64,000 nt of DNA from the IMG/VR virus record IMGVR_UViG_3300048855_000167, positions 9,951 through 73,950 of that record; one strand, written 5' to 3'. The notes under the pieces are model-generated. The model was not told the DNA's origin. It was given only the letters and a program-made list of their open reading frames with translations, and ran no database searches. Made by a program: the position numbers and the translations under genes. Source of the stretch: a virus. Lineage: Duplodnaviria > Caudoviricetes. Below are positions 46,919 to 55,357 of this stretch, piece by piece; the first letter of the stretch is position 1; each line of letters starts with the position of its first letter.

Positions 46919-47379
46919 TGCTTATGGCCTGGGGATCATACCGGTTCACCGTACCGAACTACTCGGTCGAAACGCTCCGGCGGTCCATCGAGGCGAGGGT
47001 GGAGCCGCAGAACATCATCGGCGCGGCTCCCTCTCTTCACCGACTCGGGCCTGGCAACGAAAAGCTCACGCTCTCTTCGACATTCCACCCGCGCCACCTC
47101 AACGGGCGCGGGCTGGAGCAGCTGGCGGGGGTGCGCCAGGCCGTCAACGCACTCTTGCCTCTGCCGCTTGTCCATATCAACGGAGCCGGCATGAACATCT
47201 TCGGCAACTGGATCGCCACCTCGGTGGAGGATGAGCAGACGGTGCTCGACAATGCCGGCACGCCGCAGATGGTCACCGTGACCATGAACCTGACGCGCGA
47301 CGACCCGTCCACGGCCCGGTCGATCGCGATCGCGGCGGTCCTGGGCGGAATCAACTTCAGTGTGAGGCTCGGTTTCTGA
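46918..47379 (+). CDS. Tail protein gpU-like
   Basis: MAWGSYRF, GPGNEKLTL; position. Confidence 0.8.
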   Translation: MLMAWGSYRFTVPNYSVETLRRSIEARVEPQNIIGAAPSLHRLGPGNEKLTLSSTFHPRHLNGRGLEQLAGVRQAVNALLPLPLVHINGAGMNIFGNWIATSVEDEQTVLDNAGTPQMVTVTMNLTRDDPSTARSIAIAAVLGGINFSVRLGF

Positions 47380-48479
47380 TGCCTGTTCCGTATTTCACGA
47401 TTTCGGCCGATGGCGTGGACGTCACCAGCCGGCTCGCTGGACTCGGCATGACCATGACGGTCACCGACGGCGCGGGCCTCAAGTCCGACACACTTCAGAT
47501 CACCATCGACGATCCGGACGGCTCGGTCGAGCCGCCACGCACAGGCGCCGTTCTCAACCCGATCGGGGGCTACGAGGGGCGGATGCGGGACTTTGGTCTC
47601 TTCTCCGTCGACAGCGTGGTCTATACCGGCTGGCCGCAGAAAATCACAATTGACGCCAAGTCGGTGGCGGCGAAATCACTCGCCAAGCAGCGCGAGCCGA
47701 AGGCGTACCCGAAAGAGAAGTATCCGACTTACGGGGACATCTTCTCTGAGATCGCCGGCAAGATCGGCCTGTCGCTACAGATCTCCGTCGCGATCGGCTC
47801 AAAAGGAAATCCGTATGAGGCGCAAGCCGAGGAGGACGCCCTCGAATTCACCACGCGCCTCGGCGAGAAGCTGAATGCCTCCGTCTCCGTCAAGTCCGGC
47901 CATATGGTCGTGGCGAAGAAGGGATCAGGTGAAAGCGTAAGTGGTGGAGCGATGGGCGTGATCTTCGTCGCCAAGGGCTACAACATCCTCTCTTACAACG
48001 TCACGGAGAAGGATGAGCCGAAGCATTCGGAGGTCGAGGCGACCTACTTCGACCGGAACAAGAACAAGCGCGAGACTGTCACCGAGTCGACGGGGCTGGA
48101 CGGCCCGAAATTCCTGGTGCGCACACCCTTCCAGAACAAGGAAGAGGCGGAGGAGGCGGCCAAGGCTCGCGCCAGCGAACTGGTGCGAATGACGGGCGAC
48201 GCCAGCTTCGAGATCGACGGCGAACCCTTCGCGCAGGCGGAGTCCTACGCGGTCGTGAGCGGGTGCCGATCGCGCGTCGATGGCCTGTGGTGGGTGCAGA
48301 CAGCAACTCACCAGTTCAGCGCCGACGGCCCATACACGACGTCGCTGCAATGCGGAGCTCCTACCGATGAGGGCAAGGGCAACGCTTCCGAAGCAGCGTC
48401 CGCTGGCGGTGGGCCTCCGGGGAGCGGGTACGAGGCCGGCACGCCTCAGCTCTCAGGCCCCGGTACCGGCGTGGCGTAA
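47379..48479 (+). CDS. Late control/baseplate hub gpD-like protein
   Basis: VTDGAGLKSDTLQITIDD, GYEGR, EDALEFTTRL, VDGLWWV. Confidence 0.88.
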   Translation: MPVPYFTISADGVDVTSRLAGLGMTMTVTDGAGLKSDTLQITIDDPDGSVEPPRTGAVLNPIGGYEGRMRDFGLFSVDSVVYTGWPQKITIDAKSVAAKSLAKQREPKAYPKEKYPTYGDIFSEIAGKIGLSLQISVAIGSKGNPYEAQAEEDALEFTTRLGEKLNASVSVKSGHMVVAKKGSGESVSGGAMGVIFVAKGYNILSYNVTEKDEPKHSEVEATYFDRNKNKRETVTESTGLDGPKFLVRTPFQNKEEAEEAAKARASELVRMTGDASFEIDGEPFAQAESYAVVSGCRSRVDGLWWVQTATHQFSADGPYTTSLQCGAPTDEGKGNASEAASAGGGPPGSGYEAGTPQLSGPGTGVA

Positions 48480-48497
48480 CCTCGAAGGAGCTCCCTA

Positions 48498-48740
48498 ATG
48501 AAAGGCCGGTTCATGACTGGCGCCGACGGCTCGGCCATCTACGTCACGATTGACGGAGATATGATCGACGCCATCGCGCACGACTATTACGGCAAGCACG
48601 CCAGCAATACCGAAGTCCTCCTCGAGGCGAACCGGCACGTCGTCGCGATGGGCCCCGTCCTGCCGGCGGGCACGGTGATCAAGCTTCCGCAGATCGCCAC
48701 CACATCGCAGCCGAAGGCCTTCCGGAGGCTGTGGGACTGA
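48498..48740 (+). CDS. Tail protein X (LysM-like)
   Basis: GDMIDAIAHDYYG...VLLEAN...VLPAGTVIKLP, RLWD. Confidence 0.9.
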   Translation: MKGRFMTGADGSAIYVTIDGDMIDAIAHDYYGKHASNTEVLLEANRHVVAMGPVLPAGTVIKLPQIATTSQPKAFRRLWD

Positions 48741-48766
48741 CACCCGCCATCGGCAACATGATCGCG

Positions 48767-48794
48767 AGCCGCGCCCTCCAGCGCGGCTTTTTTT
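48767..48794 (+). terminator. Intrinsic terminator between tail and lysis genes
   Basis: AGCCGCGC/GCGCGGCT stem plus T7. Confidence 0.65.
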
Positions 48795-48818
48795 ATTCCT
48801 GCAAGGGAGAGAACGGTA

Positions 48819-49505
48819 ATGAACAAGGTCGTGAAGGCCGTTCAGCAGCGGCTCAACAAGCTCGGCTACAATGCCGGCGATGACGATGGAATTCCTGGCC
48901 GGAAGACAACAGCCGCCGTCGCGAAGTTTCAGGCAGACAAGAAACTGCCGATTAAATACCCCGGCACCATTGGCCCGATTACGCTCGCGGCGCTCAAGAT
49001 CGACATCGCAACGAACGAGGCGACTCCGCCGTGGATCATCGAGGGACTTCGCAAGAAGGGCTTGCGCGAGAAGCTCGATAACGCCGAGCTGAAAAAGTAC
49101 CTGAAGAGCGACGGGCAGACGCTTGGAGATCCAGCGAAATTGCCGTGGTGCGGCGACTTCATGGAGACGATCATCGCGCTCACTCTGCCGAACGAGCCCA
49201 TGGTCACCAATCCGTATTGGGCGGCCAACTGGCTGAAGTTCGGTGTCTCTGTGCCGAAGGACAAGTTCTACCTCGGCGCGATCGGGGTGAAGGCACGTCC
49301 TGGCGGCAACCACGTCTTCACGATCGTCGGCCATGACAAGACTTACGTCCATGCGCTCGGGGGCAACCAGACCGACTCGGTCAGCATCGTGAAGATCAAG
49401 AAGGCCGACATCACGGGCATGCGCTTCCCGTCGACGTACCAGTTCCCCACCGAGGAGATGCCGTTCACCACGTTCAACGGCAGCTACGCGGGCCGGGAAG
49501 ACTGA
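48819..49505 (+). CDS. Endolysin: PG-binding domain + TIGR02594/NlpC-P60-like catalytic domain
   Basis: VQQRLNKLGY..G.DDG.PG.KT.AAV..FQ; PWCGDF, GNHV, LGGNQ. Confidence 0.85.
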   Translation: MNKVVKAVQQRLNKLGYNAGDDDGIPGRKTTAAVAKFQADKKLPIKYPGTIGPITLAALKIDIATNEATPPWIIEGLRKKGLREKLDNAELKKYLKSDGQTLGDPAKLPWCGDFMETIIALTLPNEPMVTNPYWAANWLKFGVSVPKDKFYLGAIGVKARPGGNHVFTIVGHDKTYVHALGGNQTDSVSIVKIKKADITGMRFPSTYQFPTEEMPFTTFNGSYAGRED

Positions 49506-49537
49506 TCGGGTTCAGTCACTCGCCCACCCACCAGCAC

Positions 49538-49558
49538 AGCCGCCGCGAGCGGCTTTTT
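49538..49558 (+). terminator. Intrinsic terminator-like hairpin
   Basis: AGCCGC/GCGGCT plus T-run. Confidence 0.5.
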
Positions 49559-49572
49559 CTTTGGAGACCACA

Positions 49573-50082
49573 ATGACCCGCAAGTCTGCAACCTTCTTTG
49601 TCCTGGCCCTCGTGCTCGCGCTCGCATCGCCCATCATGGCGGTGGTGGCGCTGGCGCAGGAGGCCGCGCCCAACACCTCGGTCAACGGTGGCAGCATCTT
49701 CGCCATCGTCGAGCCGTACATCCTCGAGGTCGCATCGGTGCTCGTGGCGGCTATCGTCGCTTGGCTGAGTGCCAAGGTGAAAACGCTGGTCGGCATCCAG
49801 ATCGAAGCAAAGCACCGGGAAGCTCTCCAGTCCGCGCTGCAGAACGGCATCAACTACGGGATGAGCAAGGCCGGCGGCTGGGTCTCGGCAAAGGACTACG
49901 ATCTGAAGAACAAGGCGTTGGCCGAGGGCATCAACTACGTGCTCTCTTCCGTGCCCGACGCCATCAAGTTCTTCGGCCTGACCCCTGCAAAGCTGGGCAA
50001 GCTGATCGAGGCGAAGCTGCCGACCTACAACGAGCTCGTAGTCGGCGAGCCGGTAGTAGTGCAGGCGCCGGCCAATGGTTAG
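49573..50082 (+). CDS. Membrane protein, holin-like
   Basis: Two hydrophobic segments; follows the endolysin. Confidence 0.6.
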   Translation: MTRKSATFFVLALVLALASPIMAVVALAQEAAPNTSVNGGSIFAIVEPYILEVASVLVAAIVAWLSAKVKTLVGIQIEAKHREALQSALQNGINYGMSKAGGWVSAKDYDLKNKALAEGINYVLSSVPDAIKFFGLTPAKLGKLIEAKLPTYNELVVGEPVVVQAPANG

Positions 50083-50323
50083 CACCTTTCTCTCCTTCCT
50101 CTCCACATTCCTCGTCACGCTCCTTCGAGAGTGGTTGGCGGACCGGCGGCGGGATGCGGAGCTGAAGAAGGCGGGGGCGGCTGAGGCCGCCTCCGAAACC
50201 CAAAAGCAGATCGCGGAGGCTGAGAATGTCCAGCACCAGAATGACCTTGTTGAGCGCGGCGGTGCTGCCGATGTTGCTGGCCGGCTGCGTGACCGCCTCC
50301 GAGCCGGTGGCAACGGCGCCTGA
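50075..50323 (+). CDS. Putative i-spanin (Rz-like)
   Basis: N-terminal TM then helical segment. Confidence 0.6.
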   Translation: MVSTFLSFLSTFLVTLLREWLADRRRDAELKKAGAAEAASETQKQIAEAENVQHQNDLVERGGAADVAGRLRDRLRAGGNGA

Positions 50324-50483
50324 ACTTGCCCGCGTGTGCCCCGCACCTACGACCGTGGCTCGCCAAAAGGCGATCCTCCGCCACCTCGAGTCGGCGCCGC
50401 CTTCTCCGGATCTTGATGTCCTCGCGACCGAATGGGAACGCCTTGACGAGGGTGCTCGCAAGGCGAGGGGGCATGGAAAATGA
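50226..50483 (+). CDS. Putative o-spanin lipoprotein (Rz1-like)
   Basis: Lipobox LLAGC; overlaps the i-spanin 3' end in another frame. Confidence 0.7.
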   Translation: MSSTRMTLLSAAVLPMLLAGCVTASEPVATAPELARVCPAPTTVARQKAILRHLESAPPSPDLDVLATEWERLDEGARKARGHGK

Positions 50484-50779
50484 GCGACGAGGTGCTGACG
50501 GAAGCCGGCAAGAAGATCATGGATGCCAGCCCCGTCTACGGGCCGATGCTGGTGATCCTTGGCCTCGTGATTGTCGCCCTCGTTCTCTGGATCAAGTCGA
50601 TTTTGAAGGACAAGGACGCGCGGGCAGATGCCCATCTCGAGGACGTTCGCAAGTATGCCTCGGAGAACGAGACAACCCGTTCGGCCATTGCCGCCAACAC
50701 TGAGCAGATCCGCGCCAATACGCAGACCATGACAACGATGATCGAAGTAATTCGAGAACGGGAAAGGGCGCGCGGATGA
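50480..50779 (+). CDS. Membrane/coiled-coil protein of the lysis region
   Basis: TM PVYGPMLVILGLVIVALVLWI; ATGA-coupled. Confidence 0.7.
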   Translation: MSDEVLTEAGKKIMDASPVYGPMLVILGLVIVALVLWIKSILKDKDARADAHLEDVRKYASENETTRSAIAANTEQIRANTQTMTTMIEVIRERERARG

Positions 50780-51015
50780 CGCTGACTTCAATCCTCGAGA
50801 AGATGTTCATCAAGAAAGTGGATCGCGACAAGAGCGCCCACCGCGATCTGATCCTCAGTGCCGAGAGGGCAGAGCTCGCGAGAAATCAAGGCCTGCTGAG
50901 GGGCGAGGTGAGGCAATACGAGCAGATCGTCGAGTCCAGTTCACGCATCATGGACACCATGACGCAAGCCATGATTATGATGGAGACTCCCCGTGGCAGA
51001 CCAAAAAAACAGTAA
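50776..51015 (+). CDS. Hypothetical protein
   Basis: ATGA-coupled, 79 aa. Confidence 0.7.
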   Translation: MTLTSILEKMFIKKVDRDKSAHRDLILSAERAELARNQGLLRGEVRQYEQIVESSSRIMDTMTQAMIMMETPRGRPKKQ

Positions 51016-51694
51016 CCACCTCATGTGGGCGTCAATCGGTCTCGGTGCCGGGTATTGGGTCTTGGCTCCCCTGGCCGGAAATCCCCTCCTGTCGATCATC
51101 CTATCCATGGCTGTCGGCATCACTTCGTGCGTAGCTCTTTACGAGTATGCGCCGGAGGCGTGGCAGGTGGTCGTGAAACAAAAGCGAAGCGCGGACCCGC
51201 GTGGTCGAGGCAGCCACCTCGCGCTCTACGGATTCTTCCTGTTCTCCTTCGGCTCTGCATTCGCGTGCGCGTATTCCCTGACCTGGCTCTGGTACGGACA
51301 GCCGAACGCATGGATTGGTTCGCCGGCCGCCAACTTTAGCCGCTTCTGCCACGCAAGCGGCTTTGCGCTGATGCAGGCAGGGCCCGCCTTGAAGAAGGAA
51401 GGCTTTGTCGTGCGGCCCAGCTGGTGGGTGACAGCTATCGCGGCCGCGCTCCTCGTCCTCCTCGGCTTCTATCTCGGCCTGCAGTTCAAATCGATCGAGG
51501 TTTCAGACGTGCGGGAGTGGAAGAGGGTGGTCGCCGGGAGCCCGGGCTGTTCCCCGGACGAGCCCGTGATCGGTGCCAGGAGCAGGGTCCTCCATACCGA
51601 AGTGAGTCCCTACCGGGATAGCGTGGTGCCACGCCGCTGCTTCTCCGATGCAGACGAGGCCAAGCGCGCAGGCTGCCGGACGATACGGGACTGA
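50993..51694 (+). CDS. Multi-pass membrane protein with C-terminal Ada-zinc-like domain remnant
   Basis: About 5 hydrophobic segments; VIG..SRVLH...CFSDADEAKRAGCR. Confidence 0.65.
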   Translation: MADQKNSNHLMWASIGLGAGYWVLAPLAGNPLLSIILSMAVGITSCVALYEYAPEAWQVVVKQKRSADPRGRGSHLALYGFFLFSFGSAFACAYSLTWLWYGQPNAWIGSPAANFSRFCHASGFALMQAGPALKKEGFVVRPSWWVTAIAAALLVLLGFYLGLQFKSIEVSDVREWKRVVAGSPGCSPDEPVIGARSRVLHTEVSPYRDSVVPRRCFSDADEAKRAGCRTIRD

Positions 51695-51818
51695 CGAGAT
51701 GCGTTCTTGCGACCCGGCGCCTGGGGGTGTTGCGACGAACGCTTGCCCTCGGCGTAATCCACCACGCCGGGGGCACCGCTTGCGCTCTCGCCCCGGTGCT
51801 GGGAGGCGATCGAGCGCG

Positions 51819-51851
51819 GGGGCCTCCGCCAAAAAGTTCGGCGGAGGCCCC
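51819..51851. repeat. Perfect 12-bp inverted repeat (terminator-like)
   Basis: GGGGCCTCCGCC-N9-GGCGGAGGCCCC between convergent ORFs. Confidence 0.6.
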
Positions 51852-51891
51852 AACACACTTGCCCTCAAGGGCGGCCGACAAGTTTCACGGC

Positions 51892-52122
51892 TTAATCTCC
51901 GAGGTCATATAGGCCATCGTCGCGTGGTTCCTCCGGCTCCCATCGGTCACCCTGGTCGGATATCCACTGGCCTAACGCCATCATAGTCGCCTCGTCGACC
52001 AGAACGTGATCGAACTCTCCACCCAACGGACCAACGTAGAGCCCATTAAAGATGGGACTGTCTTCGACACGAAAGCGGCAAGGACGCGCTTGGGCTGCAT
52101 CCGGTTCAGGCATATGAGGCAT
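51892..52122 (-). CDS. Small hypothetical protein
   Basis: Acidic 76-aa ORF; start uncertain. Confidence 0.45.
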   Translation of the reverse strand: MPHMPEPDAAQARPCRFRVEDSPIFNGLYVGPLGGEFDHVLVDEATMMALGQWISDQGDRWEPEEPRDDGLYDLGD

Positions 52123-52195
52123 GATTGCACCCTACAGAGTTGATCACCCGCTGATTCCATGAGCATACTCTATCCGCGATCCACAGCGGACCTGG

Positions 52196-52230
52196 AGCCC
52201 CGTAGCCTTCACCGGCTGCGGGGCTTTTTT
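52196..52230 (+). terminator. Intrinsic terminator (possibly bidirectional)
   Basis: AGCCCCGTAGCC/GGCTGCGGGGCT plus T-run. Confidence 0.65.
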
Positions 52231-52291
52231 CTATTTGCACCAGTAGTTCCGATTGCCGGGCCGCCATTCGCGCGTGGTTCGTGCTTGCGGC

Positions 52292-52609
52292 TCATTTCCG
52301 GTCGATCTGGATCTCCGTCCGCGTATCCAGCACGATATGCAGGTCTCGTATCATGCCGGCCGACGCCAGGATCGCGGCTCGCACTTCCTCTGAGGTTTTC
52401 GCTTCCGCACCTATCGCAGCTACCATCACCTGCAGATCGATGATCTTGTCGGCGTGAACTAGAGCAGACGGTATCCCGATCGTATCCCTCATATCTCGAA
52501 TGGCCGTCACGGCGCGGGCAAGTAGGCGCTGGCGTTCAAATTCGCTTAGCTTCTCGACCTCGTTCGCGGCGCGAACCAGTTCTGCGATGAAGTCGTTGGT
52601 CGAACTCAA
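52292..52609 (-). CDS. Hypothetical protein
   Basis: TTGA-coupled start (MSSTNDFIAELVRAANE...). Confidence 0.7.
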   Translation of the reverse strand: MSSTNDFIAELVRAANEVEKLSEFERQRLLARAVTAIRDMRDTIGIPSALVHADKIIDLQVMVAAIGAEAKTSEEVRAAILASAGMIRDLHIVLDTRTEIQIDRK

Positions 52610-52797
52610 TGCAGTGTCTCCTTGTCGGGCTCCAATTCCGCCGAGTTCATGAAGGCGACGAAGGTACCAGCGATATCCTGCGGCAGGTCGCAGTACGGCT
52701 TTCCACCAATGATCACCGTCCTGCCGGTGGTGGTGTCGAATATCTCCCAAGTATGTTCGCCGTCTTTGCGGAGGTCGAAGCGGTCGCGTGTGCTCAT
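52606..52797 (-). CDS. Small hypothetical protein
   Basis: RFDLRKDGEHTWEIFDTTTG; 63 aa. Confidence 0.7.
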   Translation of the reverse strand: MSTRDRFDLRKDGEHTWEIFDTTTGRTVIIGGKPYCDLPQDIAGTFVAFMNSAELEPDKETLH

Positions 52798-52827
52798 GCC
52801 CGGAAACTGACAAGAAGTTGCAAGGAG

Positions 52828-53046
52828 TCAAGAAGTCGTAGGCGTCGTCGTCAGGAGTTTCGGCGTCGCGGTCGACGATCCGGCCTGACTATCTGCCGGC
52901 AATCCAAGCCTAAAGCGCTGACCGCTCGCATAGGATTCCGCACTGTCCGCGAAATCGAAGTCTGCTCTCGTTACCGAGCCGTCTTCTGTAACGATGACCT
53001 CAAACCGATCGTCAATAGGAACGACCACAACTGATGCGTAACCCAT
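52828..53046 (-). CDS. Small hypothetical protein
   Basis: GGGAG Shine-Dalgarno; 72 aa. Confidence 0.55.
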   Translation of the reverse strand: MGYASVVVVPIDDRFEVIVTEDGSVTRADFDFADSAESYASGQRFRLGLPADSQAGSSTATPKLLTTTPTTS

Positions 53047-53381
53047 AGTGAACTCCCAACATTACAGGGGGTGAGATCTAGAGGTAGTTCAGTAGATTTC
53101 GATAATTGATTCTCGAAGAGGCGCGGCGTCCACGACTATCGCCCTTACTGGGCTCTTGCTTGCTTGGCAAGGAGGCAGAGTAGTCAGTCCGCTATCAGAC
53201 ATAGCGCCGGCCAAGGTTCCGAGACTAATGTTTGGCTTTCGCGAGGTAAGGGGTGCTGCAGTCGCAACTGAACACACCGAAGCCACTATCACCATGTATA
53301 CGGCGAATATCGTTCGCATCGGTTCCGGGCGCGGATGGCTAGGAGAACATTCATCGCTCTTGCCCCCTAGAGGAGAGAGCT

Positions 53382-54128
53382 ATGCCCGCCCCACATAAAT
53401 CGTCCCTTCACAATCGCCTCCTGTCTCTGATGACGGATGGAGATCTGCAGTTATTCGACGGGCTGGAGCCGGTGGATCTTCCGAGAACGTTTGTACTCGC
53501 CGAGTTGGACGCCCCGATCGAGCATGTGTATTTCCCAGAATCTGGAATCGGCTCGGTGATCGCAGTCTCACCGGAGGGTAACAAGGTCGAGGCGGGATTG
53601 TTCGGGCGTGACGGTTTCTCACCGGTTCAGTCACTTGTCGGGTCGTCAGCTCACGGCCAGGAGATCGTCATGCAGGTGTCCGGGCGCGGCCACCGTATCG
53701 ACATCGGGATATTCCAAAGGGCGATGGATGCCAATCCGGCGCTCGCCAATCTCTTGATGCGGTATGCACAAACACTTGCAACGCAGGTTTCCTTTACGGG
53801 CTTGTCAAACGCGGTCCACCACGTAGACGAACGCTTGGCACGCTGGATTCTGATGTGCCACGATCGCGTAGACGGAGACGAGATTGACCTCACTCACGAC
53901 TACATATCGATCATGTTGGCGGTACGCCGGCCAAGTGTCACAACTTCACTTCACGTGCTTGAGGGCAACGGTTTGATCCGCTCTTCACGAGGGAAAGTCA
54001 TCGTCCGAAACAGGGCCGCGCTCGAAGAGTTTGCGCATGACGCGTATGGCAGGCCGGAGGCGGAATACCGCAGGCTCATCGGTGAGATGGATTCCTCACC
54101 TTCGAAGGTCGTGGCGTTCCCCGCCTGA
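53382..54128 (+). CDS. Crp/Fnr family transcriptional regulator
   Basis: HVYFPESG, VEAGLFGRDG, ERLARWILMCHDR, LTHDYISIMLAVRRPSVT HTH. Confidence 0.92.
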   Translation: MPAPHKSSLHNRLLSLMTDGDLQLFDGLEPVDLPRTFVLAELDAPIEHVYFPESGIGSVIAVSPEGNKVEAGLFGRDGFSPVQSLVGSSAHGQEIVMQVSGRGHRIDIGIFQRAMDANPALANLLMRYAQTLATQVSFTGLSNAVHHVDERLARWILMCHDRVDGDEIDLTHDYISIMLAVRRPSVTTSLHVLEGNGLIRSSRGKVIVRNRAALEEFAHDAYGRPEAEYRRLIGEMDSSPSKVVAFPA

Positions 54129-54130
54129 AG

Positions 54131-54409
54131 TCAGCGGCCCGCGTTCTCGCGGGACTGTTTGGCGGTGTGGCGTATCAGCGCCTCCAGTACCTCCCAGAAT
54201 GTCACGACCTGCAGAACGTTGTCCTTTGCATCGGTGATTTCCAGCGAGGCGGCGGGAACGTTCTCTCCCCACTTGATATATTCACCGATGATCGACCGGG
54301 CTCCCCAAGTGGCCTCCACCACGGCCGTTTCCAAATCCGGCAGATCACTCCCGTCTGGGTCTCGTATCAGCTGATCGTCTTCACGTTGGTGGAAGTAGAA
54401 CATCGGCAT
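54131..54409 (-). CDS. DUF6894 family protein
   Basis: MPMFYFHQRE...DPDGSDLPDLETA. Confidence 0.8.
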   Translation of the reverse strand: MPMFYFHQREDDQLIRDPDGSDLPDLETAVVEATWGARSIIGEYIKWGENVPAASLEITDAKDNVLQVVTFWEVLEALIRHTAKQSRENAGR

Positions 54410-54442
54410 ACGAGCATCCTTCGCGCAAGATGAATCGAGCCG

Positions 54443-54467
54443 AACCAAGTTCAGAGCCTGGGGTTCC
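54443..54467 (-). promoter_or_regulatory. Putative EcfG/RpoE2 promoter (GGAAC-N16-GGTT)
   Basis: One mismatch to consensus, about 34 nt upstream of the DUF6894 gene. Confidence 0.5.
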
Positions 54468-54560
54468 ACCTACGACGATATGAGGAGCGAACACATCGAT
54501 CTTGAGCCATTGGCAAAGCGATGGCTCCGGCGTCTGGCGGGATGGGTTGCTGTGCGTTCG

Positions 54561-54866
54561 TCACTCATCGGTCAGCCCGTTCTTCTTTTTCATCGCGTCC
54601 CAATATTCCTCGACTGCTTGGGCAGCCTCTGCAGCGGTTGGCTTAAATCCGTTGTTCGGCATGATCGGTGACCCCTTCCATCCCTCTGGATATGCGCCTG
54701 ACCACATCCATTGTCCCTTCTTGAGGCTTTCGTGGTCGAGCCGAATTCTTCCAGCGTATTGATCGCCGTCGTAGGCTGCGTAGTCTTCGAGAGGCTTGCC
54801 GTCTAAGCCGGGCTCGATTCCCCATGTCCGTTGCCAACGATATATTTTCTTCCAGGCAGACATCAT
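54561..54866 (-). CDS. Hypothetical Trp-rich protein
   Basis: ATGA-coupled; WQRTW...YAGRI...WMWSG. Confidence 0.7.
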   Translation of the reverse strand: MMSAWKKIYRWQRTWGIEPGLDGKPLEDYAAYDGDQYAGRIRLDHESLKKGQWMWSGAYPEGWKGSPIMPNNGFKPTAAEAAQAVEEYWDAMKKKNGLTDE

Positions 54867-55207
54867 AGCTCGATGGCTTTAAACTCCCGCCTGAGATCAT
54901 CGGCACTGCCGGCGCCCACGATTTTCATCGTGAACTTGCGCTTGCCCTTGGGCTTCCATCTTCGGATCTCCTTCATTGTCGGCCCGCCCAGAGCGGATTG
55001 CTGAAGATACCAATCCTGGAACTGCGCGTAGATCGCTTCGCAGTCGGCCGTCACCTCGGCGTAGGTGCCTTTGCGCCCGCACTTCGCGTTCTCGCACTCA
55101 ATGATGTCGTCCGGGGCCGGCGCGTCGCCTTCATAGATCAACCCGCCGCCGCACTTGGCGCAGATGGGCTCCCCGAGATGCCTCAGGCCATTGTCGCCTT
55201 TAGACAT
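54863..55207 (-). CDS. Hypothetical zinc-ribbon protein
   Basis: CAKCGG...CENAKCG; GGAGA Shine-Dalgarno. Confidence 0.7.
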   Translation of the reverse strand: MSKGDNGLRHLGEPICAKCGGGLIYEGDAPAPDDIIECENAKCGRKGTYAEVTADCEAIYAQFQDWYLQQSALGGPTMKEIRRWKPKGKRKFTMKIVGAGSADDLRREFKAIEL

Positions 55208-55284
55208 GACTTCTCCTTCACGCCTAAGCGTGTTGATAAGGCTGTGGACCAGTTGTGGATAACCGCCTTATGTCGCGGTCGACT

Positions 55285-55299
55285 GTTCTAATTATGTTC
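55285..55299. promoter_or_regulatory. Alphaproteobacterial LexA (SOS) box GTTC-N7-GTTC
   Basis: GTTCtaattatGTTC 59 nt upstream of ligD, divergent from 54863-55207. Confidence 0.75.
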
Positions 55300-55357
55300 T
55301 CGTTTGGCGATGAGTCAACAGGGATTCTTTTTAAGGATTTGCTGATGCAATGGGGGC

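Noticed and set aside
52118-52127. GCAATCATGC (minus strand), same core as the start-associated hairpin
   Set aside because: No CCCC leader and no downstream GGAGA; probably chance
53089-53319. 76-aa ORF with a signal-peptide-like start, divergent from Crp
   Set aside because: No clear SD or family signature; left uncalled
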